Source of the DNA: Myxococcota bacterium
Lineage (GTDB): Bacteria; Myxococcota_A; UBA796; CAJQPC01
Direction: 5' to 3'
NCBI GenBank assembly: GCA_036229005.1
Contig: JAZAMN010000006.1
Location: 96,001 to 160,000, forward strand
DNA length: 64,000 bases
Shown: positions 1-9,447 of the stretch, piece after piece
Layout of the letters: each line of letters opens with the position of its first letter
Numbering within the stretch: position 1 is the first letter of the stretch
Notes under the pieces: model-generated
Told to the model about the DNA's origin: nothing
The model's input: the letters and a program-made list of their open reading frames with translations, nothing else
Databases searched by the model: none
Position numbers and translations under genes: made by a program

Positions 1-30
1 TGGTTCCGGGGCTAAATGCCGAAGGCTTTT

Positions 31-107
31 CGGGGCGTAGCGCAGTCTGGTAGCGCACTTGACTGGGGGTCAAGTGGTCGCTGGTTCGAATCCAGTCGCC
101 CCGACCA
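31..107 (+). tRNA. tRNA-Pro(GGG), copy 1
   Basis: 77-nt cloverleaf CGGGGCG...CGCCCCG-ACCA; anticodon arm CTTGA-CTGGGGG-TCAAG; T-loop GGTTCGAATCC; encoded CCA. Confidence 0.97.
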
Positions 108-110
108 TAA

Positions 111-140
111 GAGCCCTCCTCGCGCAAGCGGGGAGGGCTT
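111..140 (+). terminator. GC-rich hairpin after tRNA-Pro copy 1
   Basis: GAGCCCTCCTCGC-GCAA-GCGGGGAGGGCTT, GNRA loop, only a short U tract. Confidence 0.55.
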
Positions 141-149
141 CCCGCCCAC

Positions 150-226
150 CGGGGCGTAGCGCAGTCTGGTAGCGCACTTGACTGGGGGTCAAGTGGTCGC
201 TGGTTCGAATCCAGTCGCCCCGACCA
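150..226 (+). tRNA. tRNA-Pro(GGG), copy 2
   Basis: Identical to 31..107. Confidence 0.97.
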
Positions 227-496
227 TAGAGACCCTCCTCGCGAAAGCGGGGAGGGTTTTCTACTTCAGCCCCGCGGAGCCCCGGCAGGCCCCGGGGGTC
301 AAATGGCCGCTGAGTTGCACACGCGTTCGAATCCAGTCGCCCCGACCATAGAGACCCTCCTCGCGAAAGCGGGGAGGGTTTTCTACTTCAGCCCCGTGGA
401 GCCCCGGCAGGCCCCGGGGGTCCAGTGGCCGCTGAGTTGCACACGCCGCCCCGACCATAGAGACCCTCCTCGCGAAAGCGGGGAGGGTTTTCTACT
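227..496 (+). repeat. tRNA-derived tandem repeat: three hairpin copies and two degenerate tRNA-Pro 3' remnants
   Basis: TAGAGACCCTCCTCGCGAAAGCGGGGAGGGTTTTCTACT follows the CCA ends at 226, 348 and 457; remnants GTTCGAATCCAGTCGCCCCGACCA (325..348) and CGCCCCGACCA (447..457). Confidence 0.9.
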
Positions 497-536
497 CCCG
501 GTCCCGGCGGTCTCCTCACTCCGGCCCCGCGATACG

Positions 537-974
537 ATGTCCACCCCCAGCCCGGAGCCTCGCATGTGGACCCTGCGTGACATCCCTGGAAAGCCCGCAC
601 TCCTCTCACCCCAGTGCCTGCGCTGGAAGCTGTCCTGCACCACCCTCGTCGGCGGGGACGGGAGGCGGCGGGACTGGTGGCACTGGAGCTCGAGGGGAGA
701 CCTTGAGCCGGTGCCCAGGCGCACGCGGCTGGGGGTCTGTGTGGACGAGGACGGCGCTCTGACCTTCGTCGGACGATACGAGCAGGGGACACTTCGCCAG
801 GGGCTCCACATCGCGGCAGAGCGCAAGCTGGCGTTGCTTGACCAGGGGCGCGCCGCGACCAGCTACCGAAAGGGCGTGCTGGAGCTGAGCAGCCCCTGGA
901 GCGAGGGGCAGGAGGTAGGTCGGGGCATCGACTACCACCAATGGGTCAAGCGCTGCATCTCCGACATCGTCTGA
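537..974 (+). CDS. hypothetical protein (145 aa)
   Basis: ORF 303..974 re-started at ATG 537 because the upstream part is the tRNA repeat; no motif recognised. Confidence 0.55.
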   Translation: MSTPSPEPRMWTLRDIPGKPALLSPQCLRWKLSCTTLVGGDGRRRDWWHWSSRGDLEPVPRRTRLGVCVDEDGALTFVGRYEQGTLRQGLHIAAERKLALLDQGRAATSYRKGVLELSSPWSEGQEVGRGIDYHQWVKRCISDIV

Positions 975-999
975 GCAGTGGGCGCCAGCGAGGTCGGGC

Positions 1000-1380
1000 T
1001 CAGCTCCCCAGGTGGGCCAGCGCCTCTCGGGCGGCGATGCGTACCTCGGCGTCCATGTCGTCCAGGCGGGCGCGTAGCGCGGGCAGGGCGTCCTTGGCGC
1101 GGAGATCTTCCAAGGAGCGGCAGGCCTCGGCGCGCACAGCGGCCTCTGGGTCGTCCAGGGCCTTCATCAGGGGCGGGATGGCCCGCTTGTCGCCAGAGAA
1201 GCCCATGAGCTGCACCGCATAGAAGCGGCGCAGGGTGTCCTTGGCGAACACCTTGTAGGCGGACACCAGGTCGGGGAGGGCTTCACCCCGGTCGAAGAGC
1301 ACGGCGTCAAAGGCCGCATCGCGCTCGATGGGGTCAGGGTCCCCCATGCGACGGAACAGGTCGGCATAGCGTGGGCGCAT
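1000..1380 (-). CDS. HEAT/PBS-lyase repeat protein
   Basis: Repeated 'AIPPLMKALDDPEAAVRAEA' / 'ALPALRARLDDMDAEVRIAA' HEAT motifs. Confidence 0.85.
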   Translation of the reverse strand: MRPRYADLFRRMGDPDPIERDAAFDAVLFDRGEALPDLVSAYKVFAKDTLRRFYAVQLMGFSGDKRAIPPLMKALDDPEAAVRAEACRSLEDLRAKDALPALRARLDDMDAEVRIAAREALAHLGS

Positions 1381-1478
1381 GCACACTCGCGGGCGGGAAA
1401 GGTGAGACGAAGTATGCAGCCACAGGCGCCGGTGCCACTTCGGATCCTGCGCTAAGACAGATGCACAGCGGAGCTCAG

Positions 1479-2228
1479 ATGCGCATCCTGGTCAGCAACG
1501 ATGACGGCTACTTTGCCGGCGGAATCGCCCCCTTGGTGGAGGCCCTCCAGGCCCTCGGCGAGGTGTGGGTGGTCGCCCCGGAGCAGGAGCAGTCGGCCAA
1601 GTCCCACTCCCTGACCATGTGGGAGCCGCTGCGGGTGCGGCAGCACGGGGCGGGGCGCTACTCCGTGGGTGGCACCCCGGCCGACTGCGTGTACCTCGCC
1701 CTGCATGAGTTGCTCCCGGAGCGGCCAGATCTGGTGGTCAGTGGCATCAACCGGGGCTCCAACCTGGGCAACGATGTCCTCTACAGCGGCACGGTCGCGG
1801 CGGCGATGGAGGCTTGCCTGCATGGCGTGCCGGCGCTCGCCGTGAGCCTGCACCTGGAGCCCGAGCAAGACCAGCAGCACTGGGGCAGCGCAGCCTCGCT
1901 CGCTCAGCGCGTGGCCGCACAGATCCTGGAGCGTGGCCTCCCGCGCCGCAAGCTCCTGAACCTGAACGTGCCGAACCTTCCGCTGGCGGAGATCCAGGGC
2001 ATCCGACCTTCCCGGCTCGGGGAGCGCAGCTATGAAGACCTCGTCGACAAGCGACTCGACCCCCGGGGCAAGCCCTACTACTGGATCGGCGGTGGGCCGA
2101 ACGCATTCTGCGGGGAGCCCGACACAGATGGGCCCCTCATGGCCCAGGGCTGGGCGAGCCTCACGCCGCTGTCGCCTGACCTCACGGACGAGGCGCAGCT
2201 TGAGCGCCTCAAGTTCTGGAGCTTCTGA
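1479..2228 (+). CDS. surE: 5'/3'-nucleotidase SurE
   Basis: MRILVSNDDG, GTPADCV, VVSGINRGSNLG..VLYSGTVAAAME. Confidence 0.96.
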   Translation: MRILVSNDDGYFAGGIAPLVEALQALGEVWVVAPEQEQSAKSHSLTMWEPLRVRQHGAGRYSVGGTPADCVYLALHELLPERPDLVVSGINRGSNLGNDVLYSGTVAAAMEACLHGVPALAVSLHLEPEQDQQHWGSAASLAQRVAAQILERGLPRRKLLNLNVPNLPLAEIQGIRPSRLGERSYEDLVDKRLDPRGKPYYWIGGGPNAFCGEPDTDGPLMAQGWASLTPLSPDLTDEAQLERLKFWSF

Positions 2229-2876
2229 TCAGGCGCCGACCAGGCCCTTGATGAAGGGCTTCACGGTGGTCTCCACGGCCTCCGGGCCCTGTGTGACCGC
2301 CACGTAGATCGCCCCGGCCGCGATCGCGATGGCCACCGGGGCGAGCAGCAGCCCGAAGGCCAGCAGCAGGCCGTCCTCCTCCAGCATGCCGGCCGCCAGC
2401 ACAAAGATCACAAAGCTCGGCGCTGTGTTGGTCAGCGGGATGGGCAGGGACATGGAGGCGGCGCAGAGCCCGATGCTCAGCGCGACGCCCGCCAGGAAGG
2501 TCCGGTTGCGGGCCAGCCCGCTCAGACGCGGCTTCACCAACAGCTCGACCACGCGCAGCAGGAAGCCGCCGTTCTTCACGGAGAACGCCAGCAGCTTGTA
2601 GGACACCTTGCGGCCCCGGAGCCGCTCGGGGAACCAAGGGGTGGGCCGGCCGCGGATCATCTGCCAGGCCAGGCCCAGGATGAGGATCCCGAAGGGGGTC
2701 GCGTAGCCGGGGGCGGGCAGGGGGAGCGCAGCGGGCATGGCCAGGATGAGCAGCAACAGCCCGAAGCCCCGATCGCCGATGCGGTCGATCAGCAGGCCCA
2801 GGGTCAGATCCTGACCGTCCAGCTCCTGAACAAGGGTGCGCAGCTCGGTGGACAGATTGTGGGAGGTCTCAGACAC
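2229..2876 (-). CDS. exoD: ExoD-family exopolysaccharide synthesis membrane protein
   Basis: 'IGDRGFGLLLLILAMPAALPLP', 'LPIPLTNTAP', 'EEDGLL' typical of ExoD. Confidence 0.85.
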   Translation of the reverse strand: MSETSHNLSTELRTLVQELDGQDLTLGLLIDRIGDRGFGLLLLILAMPAALPLPAPGYATPFGILILGLAWQMIRGRPTPWFPERLRGRKVSYKLLAFSVKNGGFLLRVVELLVKPRLSGLARNRTFLAGVALSIGLCAASMSLPIPLTNTAPSFVIFVLAAGMLEEDGLLLAFGLLLAPVAIAIAAGAIYVAVTQGPEAVETTVKPFIKGLVGA

Positions 2877-2940
2877 CCCGGGGGTCTAACCCACCCGAGA
2901 GCCTTGGGGGGTGTACACTCCCACTCCCCAAGGAGGACCC

Positions 2941-3468
2941 ATGGCCAGCCTGTCCGAGCGCATCTCCGCCACGATCCGCGACGTGCCCGACTTCCCCAAG
3001 CCCGGCATCCTGTTCAAGGACATCACGCCCGTGTTGGCGGACGCCGCCCTGATGCAGGAGATCAACCAGGCCATGCTCGCCTTCGCCAAGGAGCAGGGCG
3101 CCGAGGCCGTGGTCGGCATGGAGTCCCGCGGCTTTCTCTTCGGCGTGCCCCTGGCCATGGAGCTCGGCGTACCCTTCGCGCCGGCTCGCAAGCCCGGCAA
3201 GCTGCCCTACCAGAGCGTCGGCTACGAGTACGAGCTGGAGTACGGCTCCAACCGCCTGGAGCTGCACGTCGACGCCGTGAAGAAGGGCCAGCGCGTCCTC
3301 ATCGTCGATGACCTCTTGGCCACCGGTGGCACCGCAGACGCCACCGCCCGTCTGGTCCGGGAGCTCGGCGCCGAGGTCGTTGGCTTCGCCTTCCTTGTGG
3401 AGCTCAACTTCCTGGAGGGCGCCAAGGCCCTCGGCGGCGTGCCCCACTGCTCCCTCGTCCAGTACTGA
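2941..3468 (+). CDS. apt: adenine phosphoribosyltransferase
   Basis: IRDVPDFPKPGILFKDIT, ESRGF, RKPGKLP, PRPP motif VLIVDDLLATGGT; SD AGGAGG upstream. Confidence 0.97.
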   Translation: MASLSERISATIRDVPDFPKPGILFKDITPVLADAALMQEINQAMLAFAKEQGAEAVVGMESRGFLFGVPLAMELGVPFAPARKPGKLPYQSVGYEYELEYGSNRLELHVDAVKKGQRVLIVDDLLATGGTADATARLVRELGAEVVGFAFLVELNFLEGAKALGGVPHCSLVQY

Positions 3469-3509
3469 GCCGTCAGAGCGCGAGTGCCGCCGGGCTCCTG
3501 CTCCTGGCG

Positions 3510-5033
3510 GTGCTCGTTGTCTACGGGCGCGCTCTGGGCTTCGGGTTCGTCTACGACGACCAGGCCCTCATCGCGGACAACCCCGCGCTGCAGAACTGGA
3601 GCACCCTGCCCGAGGCCCTGCGCAGCGAGCTCTTCCACTTCGCGCCCGGGGTGCGGCCCAGCCCCTATTGGCGCCCGTGGATCAACCTCAGCTACTACGT
3701 GGACCACGCCCTCGGCGGCGGCCTCGCGTGGGCCTTCCATCTGCACAACCTGCTCCTGGTGTGGGGCGGGGGGCTGCTCTTGTGGCGGCTGCTGCGGGTG
3801 GAGTTCTTGGTCCCAGCGCCCCAGGCGCTCCCCCTCAGCCTCGCGTGGGTGCTTCACCCGCTGCTGCTGGAGCCCGTCGCCAACATCGCGAGCCGCCCGG
3901 ATCTCTGGGCCGCGTTCTGGATGCTGCTCGCCCTCCAGGCTCGGTCGCGCCCTGTGCTGATCCTGGCGACCACGCTCGCCTGCCTCAGCAAGGAGCTCGG
4001 TGTGCTCCTGGTGCCTCTCGGTGTCCTCGCCGATGCGCAGAGGTCGCCCCAGGAGCGTCGAGGGGACTGGCCCTTCCAGGTCGGTGTGGTCGTGATCTTC
4101 GTGGGCCTGCGTGCCCTCCTCGTCCCGTCCTCCGTTCCGCCGGATGCGGCCTCTCTGCTGGAGGCTGGGCACCGCAGCCTGCTGTTGCTCTCGCGGGTCC
4201 TGATCCCGACGCCGCTGGCGCCTGCCGCGACCCTCCCCCAGGCAGCACCCTGGCTGGCTGCGCTGAGCTGGCTGCTGCTGGCCGGGGTGACCACCGCTCT
4301 TGGGCTTCACAAGCGGCTGTGGAGCGGCGCCGTGCTCTTGCTGGGGCCTGTGCTCATGGTGTCTGGCGTCCTCAGCGCCGAGACCCGCTACGGAGACGGG
4401 CTGCTGACCCTGTCGGTCCTGGGGGCGGTCTTGCTGCTGGCGGAGGCCGTGAAGGAGAGGGGAGTCTGGGCCGCTCGGGTGCTGTGGGGCCTACCGCTCC
4501 TGGGGGCGATCCACGGCACAATGCGCATCACCGAGTGGTCCGACGAGGTCACGCTCTGGCGATCCGCGCACGCGCGTCATCCCACAGATCCGGTGCTCCG
4601 CCTGCGTCTGGCGCGCAGTCTGGTGGAGCTCGCGCCGGCCGAGGCCCTGGCGCTGCAGCCCGCCTCGGACATGCCGGAGTCCCTGCAGCGGGAGGGCTGG
4701 GAGGTCCAAGGCCGGGCGCACCTGAACCTGGGGGAGGCTGAGCCGGCGCTCAACAGCCTGCTGAACGCAGTCGGCGACAACGAGGAGAGCCTCTGGGCCG
4801 CGGAGACGGCGTGCTCGCTGGCCGCTCAAGCCGGGGACCTCCGAGGGCTGTCTGCCTGCGCGACCGCTCTGGAGGTCGGGCCCCCGGCGCCAGGCCTCTA
4901 CAACAACCTGGGCGTGCTGCTCATGGTCGCCGGCCAGCCAGAGGCGGGGGCGGAGATGTTCGCGTCAGGGTGTGCGCTGGCGGCCTCGCCCGATGACCCG
5001 GTCTGTGCGAACGCAGCGCGAGCGGGCCGCTGA
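3510..5033 (+). CDS. TMTC-like GT-C membrane glycosyltransferase with C-terminal TPR
   Basis: N-terminal 'FVYDD..LIADNP', 'YWRP', multiple TM helices, 'SKE', 'W.DE..LW' and TPR 'LYNNLGVLL'. Confidence 0.7.
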   Translation: MLVVYGRALGFGFVYDDQALIADNPALQNWSTLPEALRSELFHFAPGVRPSPYWRPWINLSYYVDHALGGGLAWAFHLHNLLLVWGGGLLLWRLLRVEFLVPAPQALPLSLAWVLHPLLLEPVANIASRPDLWAAFWMLLALQARSRPVLILATTLACLSKELGVLLVPLGVLADAQRSPQERRGDWPFQVGVVVIFVGLRALLVPSSVPPDAASLLEAGHRSLLLLSRVLIPTPLAPAATLPQAAPWLAALSWLLLAGVTTALGLHKRLWSGAVLLLGPVLMVSGVLSAETRYGDGLLTLSVLGAVLLLAEAVKERGVWAARVLWGLPLLGAIHGTMRITEWSDEVTLWRSAHARHPTDPVLRLRLARSLVELAPAEALALQPASDMPESLQREGWEVQGRAHLNLGEAEPALNSLLNAVGDNEESLWAAETACSLAAQAGDLRGLSACATALEVGPPAPGLYNNLGVLLMVAGQPEAGAEMFASGCALAASPDDPVCANAARAGR

Positions 5034-5036
5034 GCC

Positions 5037-5633
5037 TCAGAACTCCAGGGTCTCCCAGGCGGCGAGTGTAGCGGCCTCCAGAGCCTGCAGGTCCCCGTCG
5101 TTCCGGATGACCACCGTCGCGACGGCCTCCTTGCGCTCCAGAGGGAGCTGCGTGTCCAGCCACTGCTGGGCCTGGGGCTCGGAGAGGTTCTCGCGCGCCA
5201 TCAAGCGAGCGAGCTGCACGGCGGGGGCGGCGCTGACGACAATCAGGTGGTCGTAGAGGCGGTAGGAGCCGGTCTCCACCAGCAGGGCGGCCTCGACCAC
5301 AGCCACCGCGGCGCCGGCGCTGTTCAGGGCCAGCAGGCGGGCTTCGATCTCCTCACGGATCAGCGGGTGGGTGAGGCGCTCAAGCCGGCGGCGCGCGCTC
5401 TTGTCGCTGACGACGATCTCACCGAGCTTCTTGCGGTCCAGTGCGCCGTCGGTCCGGAGGATGTCGGGTCCGAACTCGGAGACGAGCTCGGCCAGCCCGG
5501 GCGTGCCCAGGGCCACGACATCGCGGGAGACCTGGTCGGCGTCGATGACGGGGACGTTCAGGGACTCCCGGAGGATGGTGGCGACGGTGCTCTTGCCGGT
5601 GGCGATGCCGCCGGTCAGTCCGATGGTGATCAC
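5037..5633 (-). CDS. coaE: dephospho-CoA kinase
   Basis: IGLTGGIATGKSTV, IDAD, LDRKKLG, HPLI; GTG start overlaps upstream stop (GTGA). Confidence 0.95.
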   Translation of the reverse strand: MITIGLTGGIATGKSTVATILRESLNVPVIDADQVSRDVVALGTPGLAELVSEFGPDILRTDGALDRKKLGEIVVSDKSARRRLERLTHPLIREEIEARLLALNSAGAAVAVVEAALLVETGSYRLYDHLIVVSAAPAVQLARLMARENLSEPQAQQWLDTQLPLERKEAVATVVIRNDGDLQALEAATLAAWETLEF

Positions 5634-6058
5634 TGCAGCTCCCTGAGCGCGCTCTCGGCCCGGGCCAACACCCGCAGGTGCCTCCGGGACAGGGTGTCCT
5701 GCTCCTGCGCCTGGACCAGCACCGGGATGGCGGCCTGGGACTCCATGAGCACCAGCAGCTCCGAGCAGGGCCGCAGGGTGGCGGGCTCGGCGAGCTGGGT
5801 CAGGCAGGCGGGGACGGCCTCGCGCTCGAGCTCCCCCAGGGTCTGGCGGGCCTCCAGGGACTCCAGGCTGTCGCTGGGCATGCGGTCCAGGGTGCGCAGG
5901 CTGAGTCGGGTCTGGCGGAGCAGCTCGCGGGCGGCGTACTTGCGCTCGGGGCGGGAGCCACCGCGCAGGTCCATGGCCAGCACATCGACCTGGTCGGGGG
6001 GCGGGGCCGCCTGTTGGGGCACGGGACCACCTTGGGCCATCAGCCACAGAGAGAGCAT
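5630..6058 (-). CDS. hypothetical exported helical (HEAT-like) protein
   Basis: In-operon ORF, hydrophobic N-terminus, 'AVPACL', 'AIPVL' helices. Confidence 0.55.
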   Translation of the reverse strand: MLSLWLMAQGGPVPQQAAPPPDQVDVLAMDLRGGSRPERKYAARELLRQTRLSLRTLDRMPSDSLESLEARQTLGELEREAVPACLTQLAEPATLRPCSELLVLMESQAAIPVLVQAQEQDTLSRRHLRVLARAESALRELQ

Positions 6059-6061
6059 GGG

Positions 6062-7657
6062 CTACTCGCAGACGCCCGGGTAGCTCTCCCACCAGGCGAG
6101 GGAGACCAGGGGGTCACAGGTGTTGGAGGTGACGTACAGGTCGGGGATTCCGTCGGAGTCGAGGGGGCCGGTGATCCAGCTCAGGCTCCCGCTCCCACCG
6201 CCTGAGCATGCGGCCGCTCCGGAGCTGGTCAGGGAGCTCAGATCCGCAGGCGAGGACGCGTCACCCAGCAACGGCAGGGTCCAGCTCGCCTTGCTGGCGA
6301 ACCCGCCGTCCTGGCCGGCGTAGATCTCCCACCAAGCCAGGGAGACCAGGGCGTCGCAGTCAAAGCGGGGGGCGATGAGGTCCGCCTGGCCGTCCCCCGT
6401 CATGTCGGCGAGCTGCCAGGTCACGGTGCCGCTGCCTCCCTGGCTGCAGGCGACGCTGTCACTGCCTGAGAGGCGGTTGAGAACGGCGGGGTCGGTGTCT
6501 GCGCCGAGCTGGGGGAGGGTCCAGGAGACCGGAGCACCGAAGCCCCCCTCGGAGCCGGGGTACACCCGCCAACTTGCCAGGCCCACCAGCACATCACAGT
6601 CATCCTGGTGGACGACGAGGTCCGGCCAGTCGTCTCCGGTGAGCTCGGTGGTGCTCCAGGCGACCGTGCCCGAGCCGCCGCCTGCGCAGGCGACGGTGTC
6701 CGAGCCGCTCAGGGCCGTGAGCTGGGCGGGGTCGGAGCTCGCTCCCAGGATGGGGATCTCCCAGTCACGGGGCGTGCCGAAGCCGGTCCCGCTGTTCTCG
6801 TAGACCTGCCACTTGACCAGGGACACCAGGGCATCGCAGGAGTCCTGGGGCACGACCAGGTCGACAGCGCCGTCCCCGGTCATGTCCTGCAGCGACCAGC
6901 TCACCGCGCCCGTGCCTCCGCTCTGGCAGGCGACAGACTCGCTCCCTGATGTGTTGATCAGGTAGGCGGGGTCCGTGTCCCCGCCGAGCTGGGGCAGTGA
7001 GAAGCTGCTCTTGTCACCAAAGCCGCTCGCGCTGCCCTGGTACACATGCCACTCGGCCAGGGAGACCAGGGCCTCGCAGGTGTTGCGGTGAACCACGAGG
7101 TCGAGCACGCCGTCCCCGCTCAGGTCCATGGTCGTCCAGGAGACCGTGCCGTTGTCGCTGCCGGTGCACGCGACCGTGTCGCTCCCGGATGCAGCCGTGA
7201 GCGCCGCGGGGTCGCGGCTGGCCCCCAGGATGGGGATGCTCCAGCTCTGCGATGCGGAGGCGAAGCCGCCCTGGGCGCCGTAGTGCACGTTCCACTGGAC
7301 CAGAGAGACCAGGGCGTCGCACTCGTCGCGGGTCACGAGCAGGTCCGGCCAGCGGTCGTCGTTGAGGTCTGTGGTGGTCCAGGACACGGTCCCAGTACCG
7401 CCGGATGCGCAGGTCACGCTGTCGCTGCCGCTCGTGGTGCGTAGCGCCGCGGGGTCCGAATCCGCACCGAGCTGAGGCAGCGCCCACTGCTCCGCCTGCT
7501 GAGCGAAGCCGCCCTGACCGCAAGGAAGGTCGATGTCGGTGTCTGCGTCCGTGTCCGTGTCCGAGTCGCCCTCGGCGGTGCTGTCCACCACGGAGCTGGA
7601 GTCGTCGGTGTTCTGGGCGCTCAGGCCGCACGCGAGGAGCAGAAACAAAGGGAACAT
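6062..7657 (-). CDS. lipoprotein with six ~80-aa FG-GAP/VCBS-like repeats
   Basis: MFPLFLLLAC lipobox, DSDTDTDADTD linker, six repeats each with D.[TSN]GD...DL Ca-loop and two Cys. Confidence 0.85.
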   Translation of the reverse strand: MFPLFLLLACGLSAQNTDDSSSVVDSTAEGDSDTDTDADTDIDLPCGQGGFAQQAEQWALPQLGADSDPAALRTTSGSDSVTCASGGTGTVSWTTTDLNDDRWPDLLVTRDECDALVSLVQWNVHYGAQGGFASASQSWSIPILGASRDPAALTAASGSDTVACTGSDNGTVSWTTMDLSGDGVLDLVVHRNTCEALVSLAEWHVYQGSASGFGDKSSFSLPQLGGDTDPAYLINTSGSESVACQSGGTGAVSWSLQDMTGDGAVDLVVPQDSCDALVSLVKWQVYENSGTGFGTPRDWEIPILGASSDPAQLTALSGSDTVACAGGGSGTVAWSTTELTGDDWPDLVVHQDDCDVLVGLASWRVYPGSEGGFGAPVSWTLPQLGADTDPAVLNRLSGSDSVACSQGGSGTVTWQLADMTGDGQADLIAPRFDCDALVSLAWWEIYAGQDGGFASKASWTLPLLGDASSPADLSSLTSSGAAACSGGGSGSLSWITGPLDSDGIPDLYVTSNTCDPLVSLAWWESYPGVCE

Positions 7658-7665
7658 CGACACTC

Positions 7666-9447
7666 TCAGTCGTCCATCTTCTCGATGTAGCGGAAGATGG
7701 TCCGGGGGTCGACCTCCAGGTCGCGGGCGGTCTGGGCCTTGTTCCAGTTGTTCAGGTCCAGGATCTCCTTGATGTAGGACTTCTTGAAGTCCTCGGTCGC
7801 CTGGTCCAGGGGCCGCACGTGCCGCTTGTCGGACTCGCTCAGGCCCAGGTCATCGGGCTGCAGCAGGGCCCGGTCCGACATGATCACCGCCTTCTTGATG
7901 CGGTTCTCGAGCTGCCGGACGTTGCCCGGCCAGTAGTAGCCCTTGAGCGCCTTGGTGCCGGAGTTGGTGAAGCCGCGGGCCTTGGAGTTGTACTGGGTCG
8001 CGTAGCGGTTGAGCAGGAACTGCGCGATCTGGACGATGTCCTCGCCGCGGTCCCGCAGCGGGGGGAGTCGGACGGCCACCTCGTTCAGGCGGTAGAACAG
8101 GTCCTCTCTGAAGCGCCCCTCGTCGATCTCCACCTGCAGGTCCTTGTTGGTGGCGGCCACCACGCGGATGTCGATGGGCCGGCCCTTGAACTCGCCGACC
8201 CGCTCGATCACCCGCTCCTGGAGCACCCGCAGGAGCTTGACCTGCAGGTTCATGGGCATCTCGCCGATCTCGTCCAGGAAGAGCGTGCCGCCGTCCGCGG
8301 CCTCGAACTTCCCGATCTTGTCCTGCACCGCCCCGGTGAAGCTGCCCTTTTTGTGTCCAAAGAGCTCGGACTCCAGCAGGTGCTCGGGGATCGCCCCACA
8401 GTTGATGGAGATGAAGGGCTTGCCCTTGCGGTCGCTCAGCCGGTGGAGCTCATGGGCGACCAGCTCCTTGCCCGTGCCGGTCTCGCCGAGCACCAGCACC
8501 GAAATGTCCGTGGGGGCCACCCGACGCAGCACCTTGAACACGGACTTCATCTCCGCGCAGGTGCCGATCATCTCGCCCTGAGAGGCCGATCGGAGCTGGT
8601 CCCGCAGGTTCCGGTTGTCTGCCTTGAGCTCGTTGAGCATCAGGGCGTTGTGCACGATCATGGACGCCTGGGAGGCGAACACCTGGAGCAGCTCGAGCTG
8701 CGGCGCGGTGAACAGGTTCGCGATGGAGTCGTTGCCCAGGTAGAGCACCCCCAACAGATCATCGCGGTAGAGCAGTGGCGCACAGATCACGCTCGAGAGC
8801 CGAAGATCAACCACGGACTTTGCCTGTCCGAAGCGCTGGTCCTGGAGCGCGTCCGACACAATCAGCGGCTGCCGCGACTCCACCACGCGATCCACGATGG
8901 AGTCGGACACGCGGGACAGATCCAGGGTCTCCTTGCCCACGTTGTGGCTGGCCGCCAGGTGGCGCTCGCCATCCTTGAAGTAGATGACAAAGCCCTTCTC
9001 GGCCTGGGTGGTCTCGACCACCGCCTCCAGCAGCGCGTTGAAGAGCTGCTCGGGGGAGCCCTTGGACATCAGCCGCTTGGAGAACTCCACCAGGCGGGAC
9101 ATGGCCCCGACCTCGGCCTTGGGGGCGGCCCCGCTCTCGGTGCTCTCGGGGGCCTTGGGCTCACCGTCGTGCAGGGTGAGCTCAAAGCGCCCGATCTGAA
9201 CGGTGTCCCCGACAGCGAGGTCAACACTGCGCGCCCGACGACCCCGCACGAAGATCAGCTTGTCCCGGCTCAGAGCGCTGACCGTGACGTGGCCGGACTT
9301 CTTGAGCAGGTTCGCGTGCGTGGGGGCCACGCCTGGGTCCTTGAGGACCAGGTCGTTTCCCGGCGCGCGGCCGATGGTGACGAGTGGCTTTCGCAGCACC
9401 AGGTCGGTGTGCGCGCCGTTTGCGGGGTCTTGGCAGCGGATGAACAT
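7666..9447 (-). CDS. sigma54-dependent enhancer-binding protein (FHA-GAF-AAA+-HTH)
   Basis: FHA 'VTIGRAPGNDLVL', GAF, GETGTGKE, GSFTGA, LFLDEIGE, FREDLFYRL, WPGNVRQL, C-terminal Fis-type HTH. Confidence 0.95.
   Translation of the reverse strand: MFIRCQDPANGAHTDLVLRKPLVTIGRAPGNDLVLKDPGVAPTHANLLKKSGHVTVSALSRDKLIFVRGRRARSVDLAVGDTVQIGRFELTLHDGEPKAPESTESGAAPKAEVGAMSRLVEFSKRLMSKGSPEQLFNALLEAVVETTQAEKGFVIYFKDGERHLAASHNVGKETLDLSRVSDSIVDRVVESRQPLIVSDALQDQRFGQAKSVVDLRLSSVICAPLLYRDDLLGVLYLGNDSIANLFTAPQLELLQVFASQASMIVHNALMLNELKADNRNLRDQLRSASQGEMIGTCAEMKSVFKVLRRVAPTDISVLVLGETGTGKELVAHELHRLSDRKGKPFISINCGAIPEHLLESELFGHKKGSFTGAVQDKIGKFEAADGGTLFLDEIGEMPMNLQVKLLRVLQERVIERVGEFKGRPIDIRVVAATNKDLQVEIDEGRFREDLFYRLNEVAVRLPPLRDRGEDIVQIAQFLLNRYATQYNSKARGFTNSGTKALKGYYWPGNVRQLENRIKKAVIMSDRALLQPDDLGLSESDKRHVRPLDQATEDFKKSYIKEILDLNNWNKAQTARDLEVDPRTIFRYIEKMDD

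Noticed and set aside
227..496. CRISPR array
   Set aside because: The spacers are near-identical and tRNA-derived, the period is about 110-120 nt, and there are no cas genes
303..536. N-terminal part of ORF 303..974 and antisense ORFs 261..458, 383..826
   Set aside because: These are translations of the tRNA repeat and hairpins
31..974. Integrative element at tRNA-Pro
   Set aside because: 3'-end duplications are adjacent with no cargo or integrase; flanking genes look chromosomal
5634..6092. Long N-terminal extension of CoaE
   Set aside because: Overlaps ORF 5630..6058 in another frame; the CoaE motif starts at GTG 5633
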